Shown piece after piece: positions 60,756-64,000 of a stretch of DNA of 64,000 nt. Made by a program: the position numbers and the translations under genes. The notes below the pieces were generated by a model. That model saw nothing but the letters and a program-made list of their open reading frames with translations, had not been told where the DNA came from and searched no databases. The stretch comes from Octopus sinensis (lineage: Eukaryota). The number at the start of each line of letters is the position of its first letter. Position 1 is the first letter of the stretch. Where the stretch lies: contig NC_043002.1 of assembly GCF_006345805.1 (NCBI RefSeq), positions 95,852,001 through 95,916,000 of the forward strand. Direction: 5' to 3'.

Positions 60756-61757
60756 CTGAAATGGAATATAAATAATAATGGTTTCAAAGTTTGGCACAAG
60801 GTTAGCAACTTTGGGGTAGGGGTTAAGTCAATTAGAGTGACCCCAGTACTCAACTGGTACTTATTCTATTGGCCCCAAAAAGATAAAAGGTAACGTCAAC
60901 CTTGGTGGAATTTGAACTCAGAATGTAAAGACAGAGAAAATGTCACTAAGCATTTTCCCCAGCATGCTTCTGATTGCCAGCTCACTGCCCTAATATTCTG
61001 ACTAATATTGAATTCTATTGCTTATGTATACAACTTGTTGGTTCAAAAATATCTTTTTAATTTTCTTTTAAAAGTATTAGAACTGCAGAAGTATACCTGC
61101 CAGGTAATTGATTTGATCTGAGATCATGTGTTGAAACTGGAAGAATTACAACATGGGAAACACATATTAGCCTTGCAAAAACATACAAAAAATCACTGAT
61201 GCGATTCCACTGCATCTCATTTGTGGTGAGGTTGTTGGTAGGTATACCTAGGTTTCAGGATTGACCTATATCTAATGTTATGAACAGAGCCTGACAGATT
61301 GCTTGGAACTACATGGCATGTTATATAAATCTGCTGATTTATGTATCTTAAAGTATGAAACTATTACTAGCTCTTTTGTAATTGTGTAAACTAGATGATA
61401 TTATATAAATTTATATTATATACATATATAGGCACAGGAATGGCTGTGTGGCAAGTAGCTTGCTTGCCAATCACATGGTTCTGGGTTCATTCCTACTGTG
61501 AGGCACCTTGGGCAAGTGTCTTCTACTGTAGCCTTTGGCTAACCAAAAAGCCTTGTGAGTGGATTTGGTAGACAGAAACTGAAAGAAGCCGGTCGTGTGT
61601 GTGTGTGTGTATATATATATAAGAGAACAAAGTGTGCATATGCCGCTATATATATATATAAAATACAAAATGAGACAAGAACACAAAACATTCGGACAGC
61701 TAGGTGATACAAAAAGGGACAACAAAACATCCAGATAGACGATACAAAGAAAACAAA

Positions 61758-61870
61758 GACAGGTCATTCGAAGTTTTCTTTCTTCAGTCAAGCACCAGAT
61801 TATCCATCAGCTGAAATTGCAAGGATAATCTGGTGCTTGACTGAAGAAAGAAAACTTCGAATGACCTGTC
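61758..61870. repeat. Palindrome P3: 48-bp perfect arms, 17-nt loop
   Basis: Arms 61758-61805 and 61823-61870. Confidence 0.95.
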
Positions 61871-62199
61871 CTATACTGTGGGCATGTGATGTTGTTACGT
61901 CTGTTCCTGGTGGCACCACAGCCAGAAACCAATAGCCAGAAACCAAAAGGTCGAAGGGAGACAATCATTTACCTTCATGGTGCTTTGGTTACCACAAGAT
62001 GGCAGTGTGATCAATGGACAATGGCAAAGATAATCACTTAGGGTTTTACTCTTAAAAATGAGGCTTTTCCCCTCTCCATATTTTGAAGAGGTCTCAGGCC
62101 AGCAATGTTTGGGGTTTGAAGATACACCATAAGGCTGAACCCTTTATCAGCAAGAATCCCAGAGTAACCCCATAAACCAGCTTATCTATATATATATAT

Positions 62200-62266
<67 letters not shown>

Positions 62267-62296
62267 TACATACATATACATATACATATATACATG

Positions 62297-62512
62297 CAAG
62301 AAGGTGCTGAAAAGTTTCTGGCTTCAAGGATATTGTGAAAGGCTTGGTTTGAGGCCCAACCTTCTGAATTTTTTTACATGGGTTAGAAAAACTGAAGGCC
62401 CACTGCAATAAGTGTGTGAACCTGAAGGGGAATATGTTGAGTAAAATCATAATTAACTGATCCTCCTACATTTTCTTTTACCCAAAGCCAGGGACTTTTC
62501 AGCACCCCTTCG
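62297..62512 (+). mobile_element. mariner deletion derivative
   Basis: TIRs GGTGCTGAAAAGTTTCTGGCTT / AAGCCAGGGACTTTTCAGCACC; retains the transposase C-terminus KCVNLKGEYVE*. Confidence 0.75.
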
Positions 62513-62539
62513 TGTGTGTGTGCGTGTATATATATATAT

Positions 62540-62573
<34 letters not shown>

Positions 62574-62631
62574 AGTACGTTTATATATTTGTTGTGCAAG
62601 ATTTTTTATGTGAAGTCGTGTGTTGAAACAG

Positions 62632-62764
62632 ATATTGTTATATTTCGGAATGGTCATTTTGCCAGTTTAGCCAATAACACTGAAGCAAAATAACACCAAA
62701 TATGTAGTGCATGTGTTTTTATTGGCTAAACTGGCAAAATGACCATTCCGAAATATAACAATAT
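62632..62764. repeat. Palindrome P4: 46-bp perfect arms, 41-nt loop
   Basis: Arms 62632-62677 and 62719-62764. Confidence 0.95.
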
Positions 62765-62784
62765 AAAAATATATATATATATAT

Positions 62785-63047
62785 ATTATATAAAAGGGCT
62801 TAGTAAAATAAATTACTTTGCCACATACTGAACTCATTAGAAATAGTAGCTAAAAAAACTTTTTTAAAACTATTTCTAATACTTAAAGAAAATCTCTCTC
62901 ATATAGTGTTTGCTCAATTCAAACACTATATGAGAGAGATTTTCTTTAAGTATTAGAAATAGTTTTAAAAAAGTTTTTTTAGCTACTATTTCTAATGAGT
63001 TCAGTATGTGGCAAAGTAATTTATTTTACTAAGCCCTTTTATATAAT
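62785..63047. repeat. Palindrome P2: 128-bp perfect arms, 7-nt loop (same family as P1)
   Basis: Arms 62785-62912 and 62920-63047. Confidence 0.95.
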
Positions 63048-63140
63048 GTAATAATTTGAATTTGCCTTAAATGGTCCCTTTACATACTGAATACTTGGTG
63101 AAATTGATTAATAATTAATTAATTTTACCCTCAATTGTTG

Positions 63141-63181
<41 letters not shown>

Positions 63182-64000
63182 TATTCAGATAGAGGTTATA
63201 AAAAGGTTAAACGTAAGTGCTTACACACTAGATAAAATGGTTAGTAACATCCTCATAATACACTTAAAAAACTATTAAGTAATTCTCATAGACTTGATGG
63301 GTGAGGAAATTGAAAGACTGATAATTTCAAAAATAAATACTCATAGTGGTATTTGTTGAACCTCAGTTGCCTAGACATTCCTTTGTCACTCCCAATAATC
63401 TGAAATGAAATCAATTTTGGTAGCGTTCCAACTATGCACATAGAAACCATTTGTATTTTTAAGCAATACAACAGCTATAACTAAAAATACATTTCAGTCT
63501 TCTTTATGGTCCCAGCAGACAAAATGGAAAAAGTGGTGCCCCAGAGTACAGTGAAGGTGATGTTCTGGAACAGCCACTCCAACTCTCAGGGCTTGCACTT
63601 GCAGATAGCCATCTCCAGCTCAATAGCAATGAGTAATGGGTACAGTCTGAGAACCAAGAATGTTGAAGGTTTCCACTGCCACAGGTACATCCTCAAATCT
63701 GTCAAAGAGCATCTGATACTTTGATAGTTTTCCCCTCTTGGCCTGATGAGCAGCAAAGCCTGGGCTGGCAGCAGAACATACCAGGTTGCTACTGGAGGTG
63801 TTGCAGCAAGCAGAATCTCAGATAAGGGACCTTGTCTGGGATGCCACAAGAAAACTGTCCTGCTGTCTGGCTTGAGCTGGGAAGAGAAGCCTGCAGTATC
63901 ACTTATTGACCTCTTGTAAATTTGTAACCAACAACACTGCTATTCCCTAAACACAAAATAAATAAATAAATAAATAAATAAATAAAGTGAATGAATACCT

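Noticed and set aside
63286-63920. Further NDUFAF7 5' exon (expected HEFFD..P.H.FQ motif)
   Set aside because: Motif not found in any frame; the ORFs here look like decayed repeat sequence, so the upstream exons probably lie beyond the window.

Overview
AT-rich, microsatellite-rich eukaryotic DNA. The repeat families look cephalopod, probably Octopus (inference, no database search). I reconstructed three spliced genes by hand with consistent GT-AG boundaries and phases. (1) PIGA, minus strand: 11 firm coding exons from 29640 down to 1452 (419 codons) plus an uncertain last exon. (2) An ANKRD49-like ankyrin-repeat gene, plus strand, 32675-39827 (about 241 aa), head-to-head with PIGA. (3) The 3' five coding exons of NDUFAF7, minus strand, 60755-48194, tail-to-tail with ANKRD49; its 5' exons were not found in the window. 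Introns and intergenic DNA hold RTE-type LINE fragments and 3' tails, several tRNA-headed SINEs, MITEs (Merlin-like, piggyBac-like, Tc2-like, mariner), non-autonomous Helitrons, a probable solo LTR and a Penelope-like GIY-YIG relic. The most interesting signal is an unannotated set of small Penelope-type/retrozyme-like elements. It comprises an inverted pair of minimal hammerhead ribozymes behind a tRNA-like Pol III head (about 17 kb), a second hammerhead family (57.9 kb), a hammerhead-shaped motif with a non-canonical core (44.0 kb), and four near-perfect fold-back palindromes in a (TA)n-rich part of NDUFAF7 (59-63 kb), one traceable to a 5-bp inverted repeat in a hammerhead-bearing element. 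A circularly permuted copy of part of a PIGA exon lies at 2.6 kb. No ribozyme activity or expression is shown by sequence alone.
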